A stretch of DNA of 55,386 nt, from positions 1-55,386 of the forward strand of contig CAVCAF010000001.1 of the NCBI GenBank assembly GCA_963600185.1, written 5' to 3'. Within the stretch, counting starts at the first letter, position 1, and each line of letters starts with the position of its first letter. Made by a program: the position numbers and the translations under genes. The notes under the pieces were generated by a model that was not told where the DNA came from, did not search any database, and saw only the letters and a list, made by a program, of their open reading frames with translations. Source of the DNA: Azospirillum sp. 51_20. Its GTDB lineage: Bacteria; Verrucomicrobiota; Kiritimatiellia; RFP12; UBA1067. Positions 19,409-28,143 of this stretch are shown here, piece by piece.

Positions 19409-19444
19409 GACAACTAGACTTTTCAAGAAAGGATACATTTTTAA

Positions 19445-20449
19445 ATGTTAACGTGGATGGATAGCCTTCGGGGGCGTTCGCTGATGCGGATGGCTTCGTT
19501 TACGGATGAAGAAATGCTGAATCTCGTCGACCTCGCCGCACAACTTAAGGCGCGGCGTAAAGGTGGTGTGCGCGGCGATTTATTACACCGCAAGAATATT
19601 GCGCTAATCTTTGAGAAGAGCTCAACACGCACACGCAATTCTTCGATTATTGCCGCGCGGGATGAGGGCGGTGGGGCGGAATATTTGACGCGTCCCGATA
19701 TCCATTTTGGCAAGAAGGAGAGCGTGAAGGATACGGCGCGGGTTCTCGGGCGTATCTATGACGGCATCCTCTTCCGCGGCTTTTCGCAGAAAGATTGTGA
19801 AGATCTCGCGAAATATTCGGGTGTCCCTGTTTGGAATGGGCTCACCGATGAATATCATCCGACCCAGATTTTCGCCGACCTCTTGACGATAAAGGAAACC
19901 TTTGGCGACCTTAAGAACTGCACGGTAGCCTATGTCGGGGACGGACGCAACAATGTCGCGAACTCGCTTATGATGGGCTGCGCGAAGGCGGGCATTCGCT
20001 ATGTGTGCTGCACGCCTAAGGAACTTCACCCCGATGAAGCCGTGCTCGCCGAGGCGGATGTCGTCGCGAAGCGTAATGGCGTAGATATTCGCGTTGTGGA
20101 GAATCCCCATGAAGGCGTTAAGGGCGCGAATGTGATTTACACCGATGTCTGGGTGTCGATGGGCGAAGAGGCGAAAACTGCCGAGCGCATAAAGTTATTG
20201 CGTCCCTACCAAATTAACATGGAACTCTTAAAGTCCACGGGTAATTTGGACGGTAAACTCATGTTCCTACATTGCCTGCCTGCCTTCCACGACTTCAATA
20301 CCGAAGTCACGAAAGATACGGGTGCTTTGGAGGTGACGGACGAAGTATTTGAGTCGAAATATTCGCGTGTCTTTGACGAAGCCGAGAACCGTATGCACAC
20401 CATAAAGGCGCTCTTCGTTTCGTCACTCTGTGACCGCGCCAAAATCTAA
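19445..20449 (+). CDS. argF: ornithine carbamoyltransferase
   Basis: STRTR, HPTQ, DVWVSMG and HCLPA motifs are present. An alternative ATG lies at 19457. Confidence 0.85.
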   Translation: MLTWMDSLRGRSLMRMASFTDEEMLNLVDLAAQLKARRKGGVRGDLLHRKNIALIFEKSSTRTRNSSIIAARDEGGGAEYLTRPDIHFGKKESVKDTARVLGRIYDGILFRGFSQKDCEDLAKYSGVPVWNGLTDEYHPTQIFADLLTIKETFGDLKNCTVAYVGDGRNNVANSLMMGCAKAGIRYVCCTPKELHPDEAVLAEADVVAKRNGVDIRVVENPHEGVKGANVIYTDVWVSMGEEAKTAERIKLLRPYQINMELLKSTGNLDGKLMFLHCLPAFHDFNTEVTKDTGALEVTDEVFESKYSRVFDEAENRMHTIKALFVSSLCDRAKI

Positions 20450-20471
20450 CTTCTAGCGGAGAATATAACGG

Positions 20472-22337
20472 ATGCAGGGTGAGACTTTTCCTGATTGGAC
20501 TAAGGTATCCCCTAAAAACAGCGCGGCGGAATTGCCGCGCCTTTTAGCGGAAACCGAGAAGCGCGTGGTGGAACTCGAGAGCGAGAGCCCCGAGACATTT
20601 GAGGACTTCGCGTGGCGGCTAGATGACGCGACGCGCGAACTTTGGCGGGCGTGGGCGGATGTCGGGTTCATGACGAGCGTACGCAATTCGGCTGAATGGC
20701 GCGAAGTTGAGGAAAAGTTCCAGCCCGATATTGTCGCGTTCGCTTTGCGCATGGGGCAGTCGGAAAAGCTCCTGCAGCAGGCGAAAAGCGTCCTTCAGCG
20801 GCTCAAGTCGTGCGGCAACGCGAGTGAGAATGGGACGCGTATTCGCATTTTGCAGAAGTTTATTCAGGGTGCGGAACTCTCGGGTGTCACCCTGCCGAAA
20901 GATGAACGCGCACGGTATAATGAGATAGAAGCGCGGCTTGCGCAACTCTCAATGGACTTCTCAAACGCGGTTCTAGACGCGACGAAGGCGTTTACCTTCA
21001 CGAAGGATGGCAAGACTTACACGATTGATGACGCGAACTACCCCCAGACAATGAAGAATTGTGCCGATCGGGAAGTTCGTGAAGCCCTCTATCGTGGACG
21101 CTCCACGCGGGCACCTGAGAATACGCCACGGATAGCGGAAATCTTGAAGTTGCGCTTTGAGAAGGCGCAATTGCTGGGCTTTAAGACCCCCGCGGAACTC
21201 TCACTCGCGACAAAGTGTGCCCCCAGTGTCGCGGCAGTTGAGGATATGATAGCGGAACTAGATTCCGCGACAAAGAAGCCTGCTGAGACTGAAGAAAAGG
21301 CACTCGGCGACGGACTCCAGCCTTGGGATCGCGCCTACGCGGCGGAGAGACTGCGTGAAAAGACTTACAACTATTCTGAAGAAGAGCTTAAGCAGTATTT
21401 CCCCTTTGATAAGGTGCTCGCGGGACTCTTCAAAATCACTAAGTTCCTATTTGATGTTGAGGTAAAGGAAGTAACGGGCGCGGCGAAACCCTCGGTATGG
21501 CATCCAGATGTAAGGTTCTTTGAAGTCACGGAGAAGGGGGCGCCCATTGCCCATCTCTACATCGACCCCTATGTGCGCAATGGCGAGAAGCGCGGCGGAG
21601 CTTGGATGAGCGAGTTCCGTAATCGGTGCGACCGCCGCGGAGAGAAACCGCTCGCTTATCTCGCGCTTAATGCGCCTGCACCTGATGAGAAGGGCACAAG
21701 TTTGCTTCCGTTTAGGGAAGTTGAGACAATTTTCCACGAGTTTGGACACTCCCTGCAGTGCATGTTAACGCGCATTGGCGAGGAAGGCGCGGCAGGTATT
21801 TCGCTTATAGAGTGGGATGCCGTGGAAGTCGCGAGCCAGTTTATGGAAAATTGGTGTCTCGATGACCGCACAGGAATCCATGTGCCTTCTGAACTTAAGG
21901 CTAAAGTGCGTGCGGCGCGGAACTTTCGTGCCGCGACAGCCTGCCGTCGGCAGTTGGCGTTCGCCGAGACGGATATGCGCTTACATGAGAAGCCCGTGAA
22001 TGACCCTAATAGCGTCAAGAACGAGATTTTCGCACACTTTGGGCTTGAGGTTTTGCCAGACGATCTCTTCCTCAACGCTTTCTCGCACATCTTCGCGGGG
22101 GGCTATGCCGCGGGATATTATGGCTATAAGTGGAGCGAGGTCATGAGTGCCGATTGCTACGGAGCTTTTGAGGAAGCGGGTCTCACGGACGATGCCGCGG
22201 TAAAGGCGGTTGGTAAGTCGTATCGCGAGACGATTCTCGCCTTGGGAGGTAGCAAGAGTGCCTATGAGGTGTTCATCCTCTTTAGGGGACGCAAGCCTTC
22301 CAGCGCGGCACTTTTACGGCAACAGGGACTCGCCTAG
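20472..22337 (+). CDS. M3 family metallopeptidase (oligopeptidase A-like)
   Basis: FHEFGH is the zinc motif, and the length and overall pattern fit the PrlC/Dcp family. Confidence 0.85.
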   Translation: MQGETFPDWTKVSPKNSAAELPRLLAETEKRVVELESESPETFEDFAWRLDDATRELWRAWADVGFMTSVRNSAEWREVEEKFQPDIVAFALRMGQSEKLLQQAKSVLQRLKSCGNASENGTRIRILQKFIQGAELSGVTLPKDERARYNEIEARLAQLSMDFSNAVLDATKAFTFTKDGKTYTIDDANYPQTMKNCADREVREALYRGRSTRAPENTPRIAEILKLRFEKAQLLGFKTPAELSLATKCAPSVAAVEDMIAELDSATKKPAETEEKALGDGLQPWDRAYAAERLREKTYNYSEEELKQYFPFDKVLAGLFKITKFLFDVEVKEVTGAAKPSVWHPDVRFFEVTEKGAPIAHLYIDPYVRNGEKRGGAWMSEFRNRCDRRGEKPLAYLALNAPAPDEKGTSLLPFREVETIFHEFGHSLQCMLTRIGEEGAAGISLIEWDAVEVASQFMENWCLDDRTGIHVPSELKAKVRAARNFRAATACRRQLAFAETDMRLHEKPVNDPNSVKNEIFAHFGLEVLPDDLFLNAFSHIFAGGYAAGYYGYKWSEVMSADCYGAFEEAGLTDDAAVKAVGKSYRETILALGGSKSAYEVFILFRGRKPSSAALLRQQGLA

Positions 22338-23101
22338 TGCAAGGGCTCTTCGACACACACGCACATTTTCCCCTTGATAGGGAAGATACAGTTGATGCAC
22401 TAAAGCGTGCGAAGTTGGCGGGTGTGGAAGAAATCCTCGCAGTCGGCGGTGATAATGACCTAAACCGCGCGGCGAAAATTGCCGCGGAGGTCGTGGGTGG
22501 AGCAAGTGCCGATTTGCCCAAGGTTTATTTGGCGCAGGGCTACGATATGTCGTCCGTCGCGATGGAGCGTCCCAAAGTAGATTACACGCGTTTAACGGCA
22601 GTCGGGGAGCTGGGGCTCGATTATTCCCATGGCGAGACCAATCGCGCGGCACAATGCCAGCTTCTCGCGTCGCAATTAGAAGACGCGCGGCATTATGATT
22701 TGCCCGTAATAATCCACACCCGTGAAGCGGACGCGGATACCCTTGGCGTTTTGCGGGAAGTCCCCTCGCGAGGAGTTATCCATTGCTTTACGGGTACGCC
22801 CACTTTTTGCCGCGAATTACTCGATTTAGGTTTTTATATCTCAATTTCGGGGATTGTCACCTTTAAGAAGGCGGAAAATGTGCGTGAGAGTGCCCGCTAT
22901 GTGCCTGATGATCGGCTTTTAATTGAGACGGACTCCCCCTATCTCGCGCCCATCCCTTATCGCGGCAAGCAGAATGAACCCGCGTTCATCGTGGAAACGG
23001 CACGCTATCTCGCGAACCTACGCGGCACTTCATTTGACTCCCTCGCCACGCTCACCACCACCAACGCCCACAACTGCTTTGCGACAACGGGGGCGAGATG
23101 A
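22337..23101 (+). CDS. tatD: TatD family metal-dependent hydrolase
   Basis: FDTHAH, GE.GLDY, IHTREA, HCF and ETDSPYL motifs are present. The start is GTG. Confidence 0.9.
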   Translation: MQGLFDTHAHFPLDREDTVDALKRAKLAGVEEILAVGGDNDLNRAAKIAAEVVGGASADLPKVYLAQGYDMSSVAMERPKVDYTRLTAVGELGLDYSHGETNRAAQCQLLASQLEDARHYDLPVIIHTREADADTLGVLREVPSRGVIHCFTGTPTFCRELLDLGFYISISGIVTFKKAENVRESARYVPDDRLLIETDSPYLAPIPYRGKQNEPAFIVETARYLANLRGTSFDSLATLTTTNAHNCFATTGAR

Positions 23102-24108
23102 TATACGACGCTTTTACATTCTTTAATGAATTAGACTTACTGGAGATTCGGCTTAATACGCTCGCCTCCGTAGTTGATAAGTTCGTAATAGCCGAAGCGA
23201 CGCGCACCCACCGCGGCAAACCCAAGCAACTTTTGTTTGAAGCTAACAAATCGCGCTTTAGTGCGTTTCTTCCGAAGATTATCTACATTAAGGTAGACGA
23301 TCTACTCTCAGAAGAAGAGATAAATAAAGACCCCTATAATCTTGCTTGGGTGAATGAGAATCGTCAGCGGAATGCCCTTAAGCGTGGTTTAATAGAGGCG
23401 CGCGCGAATGATATAATTTTGCTGTCCGATTTGGATGAGATACCGCGCCCCGAAATAGTTGCGCAATTGGAGTCCGTCCTTGATGGAAGTACACGCGGCG
23501 TACGGTTTAGGATGTCCGCTTATTACTATTATCTAAACTATCTTAATTATACAAAACCCGTTTGGGAAATGGGCACATTTGCCGCGCGCTACAGGGTGTT
23601 TGGCGATAATGCCTATCTCAGCCGAACACTTATGGGGCGCTTCACACCTGAGTCTGAAAATCGCGGCGCTACTATGCAACGGCTCCGCTTTATGCCTGCG
23701 GATAGGGACTTGCCGCACGCGGGTTGGCATTTCTCGTACTTGGGAGGCATAGAGGCGATTGAGAATAAATTGCGGTCTTTCTCACATTCTGAGTTTAGTG
23801 CGATACCGCGTCCTGTTTTAGAGCAAAGTATCCGTAAGGGGCGCGATCCATTTGGACGCGGGGAGATGTTTTTTGGCGAGGTGATAGACGATAGCTTCCC
23901 ACGGTATGTGAGAGAAAATCAAGATAAACTTGCCGCCTTAATTTTTAAGGTGGACGCGGACTATCTCGCGCGGACAGCATTCCCGCGGCGGATAGCGAAG
24001 TTAAGGGGGCGCTTGCATACTTTTCTTGTGCGTATAATCCCACAAAAGTGGGTGCCGTCAATATTGCGTGTGCGCGAAGCCTTGCTTAAAAAGTTAGGTA
24101 GGCTATGA
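23098..24108 (+). CDS. glycosyltransferase family 17-like (GnT-III-like) protein
   Basis: The N-terminus MIYDAFTFFNELDLLEIRLNTL...VDKFVIAEATRTH..KPK and the SDLDEIP motif are typical of bacterial GT17 homologues. Confidence 0.75.
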   Translation: MIYDAFTFFNELDLLEIRLNTLASVVDKFVIAEATRTHRGKPKQLLFEANKSRFSAFLPKIIYIKVDDLLSEEEINKDPYNLAWVNENRQRNALKRGLIEARANDIILLSDLDEIPRPEIVAQLESVLDGSTRGVRFRMSAYYYYLNYLNYTKPVWEMGTFAARYRVFGDNAYLSRTLMGRFTPESENRGATMQRLRFMPADRDLPHAGWHFSYLGGIEAIENKLRSFSHSEFSAIPRPVLEQSIRKGRDPFGRGEMFFGEVIDDSFPRYVRENQDKLAALIFKVDADYLARTAFPRRIAKLRGRLHTFLVRIIPQKWVPSILRVREALLKKLGRL

Positions 24109-25394
24109 CCCCAAGTTGCCATAGACCTGTTAAGGAGCGGATGACGCGGCGGTGTCCGTCACATGATTATTCGGTGCGCGGCGTTTATATGATTACGACC
24201 CAGCTCGCGGTGCGGGAGCCGAAGTTGGGTACGCTTGAGCCGATTCCGTGCGGGGAATGGTGCGTGAGGCCGAGTGCGCTTGGCTGGAAGGTTCTTGCTT
24301 GCTGGGAGGCTATCCCTAAACACTGGCCGCAGGTTAAACTTATTGCCCACCAACTCATGCCTGACCACTTTCATGGGCTTTTATTTGTGAAGGAAGATTT
24401 ACCAATCGTCTCGGGACGGCAGAAGGTACTTGGGGATATCATGCGCGGCTTTAAGGCGGGGTGCCGCGAAGTTGGTTGGCAGGCGGGCTTTACGGACTCC
24501 CTCCTCAAGCGCGAAGGGCAACTCGCACAACTCAGGCGCTACATCGCCGATAATCCGCGGCGGTTAGCCGAGAAGCGGCGACATAAGGCGTATTTTAAGG
24601 TCGTAGAAGATTTGGCAATAGAGTTGGGCGGGGGCGTATGCGGTTTGTTTGCGGGGCTCGGGAATGCCGCGCTCGCGAATAAAGTGCCGCGGGTTTATGT
24701 GCAGTGTTCGCGCAAGGACTTCGCATATAAACATACGCGCCTTGAGAGTGGCAATTGGCGCATTGAGCGCAACGAGAAAGGCGCGGCACTTGTTGACTTT
24801 GAAACGCCTACTTTTAAAGAGAAAGCGGCGCAGTTTTTAGAAGCTGTAAAGAAGGGCGCGGTGCTGGTGAGCCCCTGTATCTCGCATGGCGAGAAAGAAA
24901 TCATACGCCGCGCATTTGAGGCGGGCGGTAGTGTAATTTGTCTGCGAAATAAGGGTTTTGGTAAACTAGAGAAACCCATGGGCAAGATGTTTGACCTCTG
25001 TGCCTCGGGGCGACTCTTATTGCTCGCGCCAAAGAATTGGCTCTATACAATGAGTAAAAAGCCAATAAGCCGCGAAGACGCGCTTGTATTAAATACGCTC
25101 ACCCAATTACTCGCGGACAGTGAGGTCGTGGTTAATTATAAGGGTCGGGTACCCAATGGGCTTGGGGCTTTGTGTGCCCAAGCGGTAGATAGCCCTATGT
25201 TAGAGGCGATAATAAATAGCGCCATTTCTGGCGCTAAACCTAACGCCCCCACACCGCCAAGTGACCTGCCCCGCGTATCGCCGCCGTTAACTCAAGCTCA
25301 AACGCGCGTAAACGAGGCTAAAGCCCCGCCCCACCCCCGTGTTGTGCCGTTAGGTTCTGCCGCGGAAACGCGGCAGTTAGGAGCCTTCGTATGA
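24105..25394 (+). CDS. RayT/IS200-like (COG1943, HUH Y1-transposase fold) domain protein with an approx 260-aa C-terminal extension
   Basis: LMPDHFHGLLFV is the HUH motif, alongside WQAGFTDSLL and RRYIADNPRRL. The C-terminal part (GAVLVSPCISHGEKEIIRRAFEAGGSVICLRNKGFG) looks DprA/SLOG-Rossmann-like by eye. The last approx 20 codons run through a REP-like hairpin. Confidence 0.65.
   Translation: MTPSCHRPVKERMTRRCPSHDYSVRGVYMITTQLAVREPKLGTLEPIPCGEWCVRPSALGWKVLACWEAIPKHWPQVKLIAHQLMPDHFHGLLFVKEDLPIVSGRQKVLGDIMRGFKAGCREVGWQAGFTDSLLKREGQLAQLRRYIADNPRRLAEKRRHKAYFKVVEDLAIELGGGVCGLFAGLGNAALANKVPRVYVQCSRKDFAYKHTRLESGNWRIERNEKGAALVDFETPTFKEKAAQFLEAVKKGAVLVSPCISHGEKEIIRRAFEAGGSVICLRNKGFGKLEKPMGKMFDLCASGRLLLLAPKNWLYTMSKKPISREDALVLNTLTQLLADSEVVVNYKGRVPNGLGALCAQAVDSPMLEAIINSAISGAKPNAPTPPSDLPRVSPPLTQAQTRVNEAKAPPHPRVVPLGSAAETRQLGAFV
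25313..25379. repeat. REP-like repeat copy A (CGAGGCTAAAG ... GTGCCGTTAGGTTCTGCCGCGGAAACGCGGCAGTTA)
   Basis: The hairpin CTGCCGCG-GAAA-CGCGGCAG lies at 25357-25376. It is near-identical to 28006-28041. Confidence 0.85.
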
Positions 25395-26155
25395 CCCAGC
25401 CCCTAATCATCTCGGTTGTACGCGACTTCGCGATGTATGAGCGCTCGTTAGGCTCAAACCCCAATTGCCGCGGTTGCCAGCTTATACCTTTAGATAACCG
25501 CGCCAAAAATGAGGGGCTACCCAAACGCTATAACGCGTTTCTCGCCTCGCGTCCGTCTTCAGAAGAGGCGTGGTATATTTTTTGCCATGAGGACTTCGAA
25601 CCGCGCGAGCCGCTTTTGCCGCGGTTAGCCAACCTTGACCCAAACGCCATTTGGGGCGTAATCGGGGCCGTCACACGCGTTAGATTTGGTCTCTATCATC
25701 AATGGCTTCTTCTTGGGCAAATCACCGAATGCAACAAAGATGGCTCAAACGAGCACCCCCTCGGCGAAAAAGTCGCGCTTGGTACACCTGTTGAGACCTT
25801 TGATTGCCAATGCCTAATCGTACACTCTTCACTCATTAGGCGACTCAACTTAAGCTTTGACGAGCACCTAACCTTTGACCTTTATGTGGAAGACTTTTGT
25901 ATGGCTGCTGCCGCGAAAGGGGTTGCCGCGCGTATCTTGCCGCTCGCGTGTCGTCACTGGAGCAATGGTAAGACGCAGCCGCGCTATTATGTCCAAGAAG
26001 CGTATCTCGCTAAGAAGTATCCGAATGTGTGTTTTACGGGCATTATATCGTGTATGCTTGGGGGTAAAGTGCTTTGGGGACGCCGCTTAACGATTTTTCT
26101 ACGGCGTTATGTGCGCGACTCAATCTTGAAGGTCGTCCACGCCTTGTTTAAGTAA
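25391..26155 (+). CDS. putative GT-A-fold glycosyltransferase-like protein
   Basis: LIISVVRD...YNAFL...WYIFCHEDFEP...FDCQCLIVH...FDLYVEDFC...CRHWSNG matches the pattern of small LOS/LPS-locus glycosyltransferases. This is a by-eye call. Confidence 0.5.
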   Translation: MTQPLIISVVRDFAMYERSLGSNPNCRGCQLIPLDNRAKNEGLPKRYNAFLASRPSSEEAWYIFCHEDFEPREPLLPRLANLDPNAIWGVIGAVTRVRFGLYHQWLLLGQITECNKDGSNEHPLGEKVALGTPVETFDCQCLIVHSSLIRRLNLSFDEHLTFDLYVEDFCMAAAAKGVAARILPLACRHWSNGKTQPRYYVQEAYLAKKYPNVCFTGIISCMLGGKVLWGRRLTIFLRRYVRDSILKVVHALFK

Positions 26156-26953
26156 ATAGGCGAAAGTCGTTTTGCCGTGCAACCCGAAGGGCTTGATGCT
26201 TGCCGCGGGGAGCGCGACATACCCCCCCAAATCATCAAACGCGAAATGAAATGCCGCGCTTTCGCTGGGGAAAGTAAACCTGCCCCACGCTTGGGGAACT
26301 AGCCTTAAATAGAAGGTGTAGTAGAAGTCTTCGCCACAATCTCGTGCGAGTCGCCGAAGCCCCTTAGCCCACATTTCTGCCGCGAACGCACAAAAACGCC
26401 GCGAACGGAGCGAGAAGCCTCCGTTATAAGTGCCTAGCCCAATCGCATAGAAGAACTTGCGCTTAAGTCCGTCACAAATTATGGGCGCACCCCAGAAGTC
26501 CGCCTTGCCCAAGAAGTCGCCGAGATTGTCGCTTAGGGGGAATCCGTCATCTTGGATGACTAGGCAATTGGGCGTTGAAAAGCGCGCATGAAGTCGCTGA
26601 ATGCAATCCGCGCTCATAGAAGGGATGTTGCCCGGCACAAGGCTCGGCTCGACTTGTATTTCAACGAACTTCTCGCCGCTTGCGAAGTCGGTCGCCTCTT
26701 TAAAAAGGCGCGGCACAATGAGTACCGTCTTAAGCCCCCCGAGTACATGCCACGATTGGCGAATCGCGAACTCTATCCATTGAAACGATTCCGCCTCGGT
26801 GCCTTCCTTAGGGAAAGAATAGATAATTAGCGTGACTTCGTCAAAGTATTTAGAGACGGCGGGCGTTTCGGCACGCAAAGTGGGTAGCCGCTTTAGTTGC
26901 CAGTCGCGTAAGAGCTTCGTCGCTTCCTTTATCTCGTCTTGAGTCAACTTCAT
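26120..26953 (-). CDS. DUF5672-like putative glycosyltransferase
   Basis: YNGGFSLRSRR and VIQDDGFP motifs are present. The gene converges on, and overlaps by 36 nt, the + strand gene. Confidence 0.5.
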   Translation of the reverse strand: MKLTQDEIKEATKLLRDWQLKRLPTLRAETPAVSKYFDEVTLIIYSFPKEGTEAESFQWIEFAIRQSWHVLGGLKTVLIVPRLFKEATDFASGEKFVEIQVEPSLVPGNIPSMSADCIQRLHARFSTPNCLVIQDDGFPLSDNLGDFLGKADFWGAPIICDGLKRKFFYAIGLGTYNGGFSLRSRRFCAFAAEMWAKGLRRLARDCGEDFYYTFYLRLVPQAWGRFTFPSESAAFHFAFDDLGGYVALPAASIKPFGLHGKTTFAYLLKQGVDDLQD

Positions 26954-27831
26954 TTTCTAAGAAAAACCTTGTCTACGAAGTGGGCAACGCCTTGCGCACC
27001 AAACACCTTGCGCGAGGTATTCATGATATGCCGTATTAAGCGCATAATAAACGCCATAGCGAAATACCCAAGTTTCGCGAGCGGGAGGGGATATTTACCC
27101 GCCGTAATCGAATAGCCCTGCGCTGTTATAGAATAGGAGAGCGCGGTCTCTAGAAGCCCCGCGAGCCCAAAGTCGACATGCGCAATCTTAGGCGTGACTT
27201 CTAGAAAGTCGTCCCATGTGAAGCGGGCGACAAACGGCTTAAGAAGTGCCGCGCGAACCATGAAGATTGTGCCCGCGACGGAAACTAGAGCCCGCGGCGT
27301 AAGCCCAAGCGACCGCAATAAATTACAGGCTGAAGTTTTACTTTCTAGGCAAAAGTCGCTACTCGCGTAGTTAATAAAGCAGCTGGAAGCGAGGAGCCCA
27401 AGTTTGGGGTGGCGCGTAAATGCCGCGAGGGATTCGCGCACTTTCTCGGGTGACGCACAAAACGCGAGGAGCTTTCGCCGCCATTCGTTGCCGTGAACTG
27501 GACGGAATCCGATAATGCCGTCCACATCGCGCTTCGTGTGCAACTTGACGATGTAGTCGTAATTCTCAAGAGGGCCTTTGTTCAGAACTTCGCAGACGAA
27601 CGCGCCGACATCGTATCCGCGATTAGGTGTCTCAATTATCTTGACAGCGGGATAGGGCAACAACTTCGGTAAAAGCGCGGCAAACTCAGGCTTTACGGTA
27701 GGATATGTCGCGATAATCGAAACACGCTCCGCGCCGCAAACTTCGATGAAGTTGCGGCAACACTCCGCAATCTCGGGGGCGATTTCCGGATAGAAGAAGT
27801 GAGCATGTATAAGTACGCGGCAATCTCTCAT
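26950..27831 (-). CDS. RgpF (rhamnan synthesis protein F)-like polysaccharide glycosyltransferase
   Basis: LIHAHFFYPEI...PNRGYDVGAF...KLHTKR motifs are present. Confidence 0.6.
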   Translation of the reverse strand: MRDCRVLIHAHFFYPEIAPEIAECCRNFIEVCGAERVSIIATYPTVKPEFAALLPKLLPYPAVKIIETPNRGYDVGAFVCEVLNKGPLENYDYIVKLHTKRDVDGIIGFRPVHGNEWRRKLLAFCASPEKVRESLAAFTRHPKLGLLASSCFINYASSDFCLESKTSACNLLRSLGLTPRALVSVAGTIFMVRAALLKPFVARFTWDDFLEVTPKIAHVDFGLAGLLETALSYSITAQGYSITAGKYPLPLAKLGYFAMAFIMRLIRHIMNTSRKVFGAQGVAHFVDKVFLRK

Positions 27832-27838
27832 TGCGGAT

Positions 27839-27847
27839 ATTATACCA
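27839..27847 (-). promoter_or_regulatory. extended -10 promoter TGGTATAAT (minus strand), leaderless configuration
   Basis: The reverse complement of 27839-27847 is TGGTATAAT. Only 7 nt (ATCCGCA) separate the hexamer from the ATG at 27831. Confidence 0.6.
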
Positions 27848-27926
27848 AAACTCGCCCCACGATACCATACGCGATTTTATTCGCCACGCTTTGGGCGACG
27901 TTAACTTTAACCCCAATGCGAGTTGC

Positions 27927-28041
27927 CGAGGCTAAAGTAGTGCCCTTACCTAGTGTAGTGCCGTTAGGTTCTGCTGCGTTTGAAGTTGCGACCTTACCCA
28001 GTGTCGCACCGTTAGGTTCTGCCGCGGAAACGCGGCAGTTA
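27927..28041. repeat. REP-like repeat copy B (two sub-units, the second carrying the hairpin)
   Basis: CGAGGCTAAAG lies at 27927. CCTTACC(T/C)AGTGT.G..CCGTTAGGTTCTGC occurs twice, about 46 nt apart. The hairpin CTGCCGCGGAAACGCGGCAG lies at 28019-28038. Confidence 0.85.
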
Positions 28042-28069
28042 AGGGCCTGCTTAAGGCGCGTGAGAGTAA

Positions 28070-28143
28070 GTAGAAGGGGGTGGCGCTCTTACTGGGAGAG
28101 GCACCCCCTCTTGCGTAGGAGGGGGTGGCAGTTCTACTGGGAC
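28070..28143. repeat. 45-nt tandem duplication (GTAG(A/G)AGGGGGTGGC..T.CT.ACTGGGA)
   Basis: The units start at 28070 and 28115. Confidence 0.8.

Noticed and set aside
24105-25394. Active IS200/IS605-type insertion sequence
   Set aside because: There is no tnpB or terminal IS ends. The gene is translationally coupled to flanking glycosyltransferase genes, and the domain belongs to the domesticated RayT-like type. It is reported as a CDS and finding rather than a mobile element.
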